Assembly (NCBI RefSeq): GCF_018350175.1
Contig: NC_058368.1
Location: 8,432,001 to 8,496,000 of the forward strand
Direction of reading: 5' to 3'
DNA length: 64,000 nucleotides
Source of the DNA: Felis catus
Taxonomy: Eukaryota
Shown here: piece after piece, positions 63,491-64,000 of the stretch
Numbering within the stretch: the stretch's first letter is position 1
Layout: each line of letters begins with the position of its first letter
Notes under the pieces: model-generated
Databases searched by the model: none
What the model saw: the letters and a program-made list of their open reading frames with translations, nothing else
Told to the model about the DNA's origin: nothing
Translations under genes and position numbers: made by a program

Positions 63491-63690
63491 AGGTGTCTGG
63501 GCGGCTCAGTCACTTGAGCGTCTGACTTCGGCTCAGGTCATTATCTCACAGCTCGTGGGTTCGAGCCCCGCGTTGGGCTCTCTGCTGTCAGCACAGAGCC
63601 AGCTTCTTTGGATCCTCTGACCCCTGCCCCGCTCCTCTCCTGCTCGCGCTCTTTCTCTCTCAAAAATAAAAAACAAACATTAAAAAAAAA
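63491..63690 (+). mobile_element. Carnivore SINE
   Basis: ggtgtctgggcggctcagtc head; TSD-like tgagc(ca/t)caga. Confidence 0.92.
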
Positions 63691-63884
63691 ATGAGCTCAG
63701 ATGAAAGCAAAGAAACTTGATGCATTTCTAAAAATTTTGTCTAAGGCTAACAGTCTTTTTAGGAGAAGGGGAGGAAAATCTTCTTAATGACCAGAACTCA
63801 ACCAGTTATTATAATCAATAAAGTATTAATGAGTTAAATTGACTCTGGGGAATTAACCCAGAAACATAAACACTATCTATTCTG

Positions 63885-64000
63885 TGTTTTGTTTTGAGAG
63901 AGTGCAAGTGGGGTATGGGCAGAGAGAGGGGGAGAACGAGAATCCCAAGCAGGCTCTGTGCTGTCGGCATGGAGCCCTACACGTGGCTTGAACCCACAAA
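63885..64000 (-). mobile_element. Carnivore SINE, cut by the window edge
   Basis: tttgagagagtgcaagtgggg...gaatcccaagcaggctctgtgctgtc. Confidence 0.88.

Noticed and set aside
1..64000. CRISPR array, operon, endogenous viral gene or other novel multi-gene system
   Set aside because: No regularly spaced repeat-spacer array, no long ORFs and no viral protein motifs seen; the recurring repeats are dispersed SINEs and microsatellites.

Overview
Mammalian non-coding DNA, almost certainly from a cat-family (felid) genome. It carries about 30 tRNA-derived carnivore SINEs (CanSINE/SINEC_Fc type: GGGGCGCCTGGGTGGCTCAGTCGGTTAAG head, (CT)n body, AAATAAA tail) and L1 3' tails that resemble the cat L1 terminus as I recall it. 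Other repeats include older L1M, L2 and MIR pieces, MaLR (MLT1) and ERVL (MLT2) solo LTRs, and hAT and Tigger DNA-transposon relics. I recognise no protein-coding gene, RNA gene or CRISPR array. The supplied ORFs are short and mostly read through repeats. The window looks like the interior of a long intron, probably of a + strand gene that I cannot name. The best leads are: two frame-preserving candidate cassette exons (96 nt at 10532-10627; 30 nt at 18628-18657); two repeat-free blocks rich in developmental TF motifs (~10.7-11.3 kb and ~51.3-51.8 kb); a 241-bp TIR/TA-flanked DNA-transposon MITE nested in a carnivore-type L1; a TSD-flanked L1 insertion made only of 5'UTR and partial ORF1; and a twin-primed inverted L1. 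I found no evidence of a new multi-gene system. Repeat family names come from recalled consensus sequences and need RepeatMasker/Dfam confirmation. Boundaries without a stated TSD are approximate.
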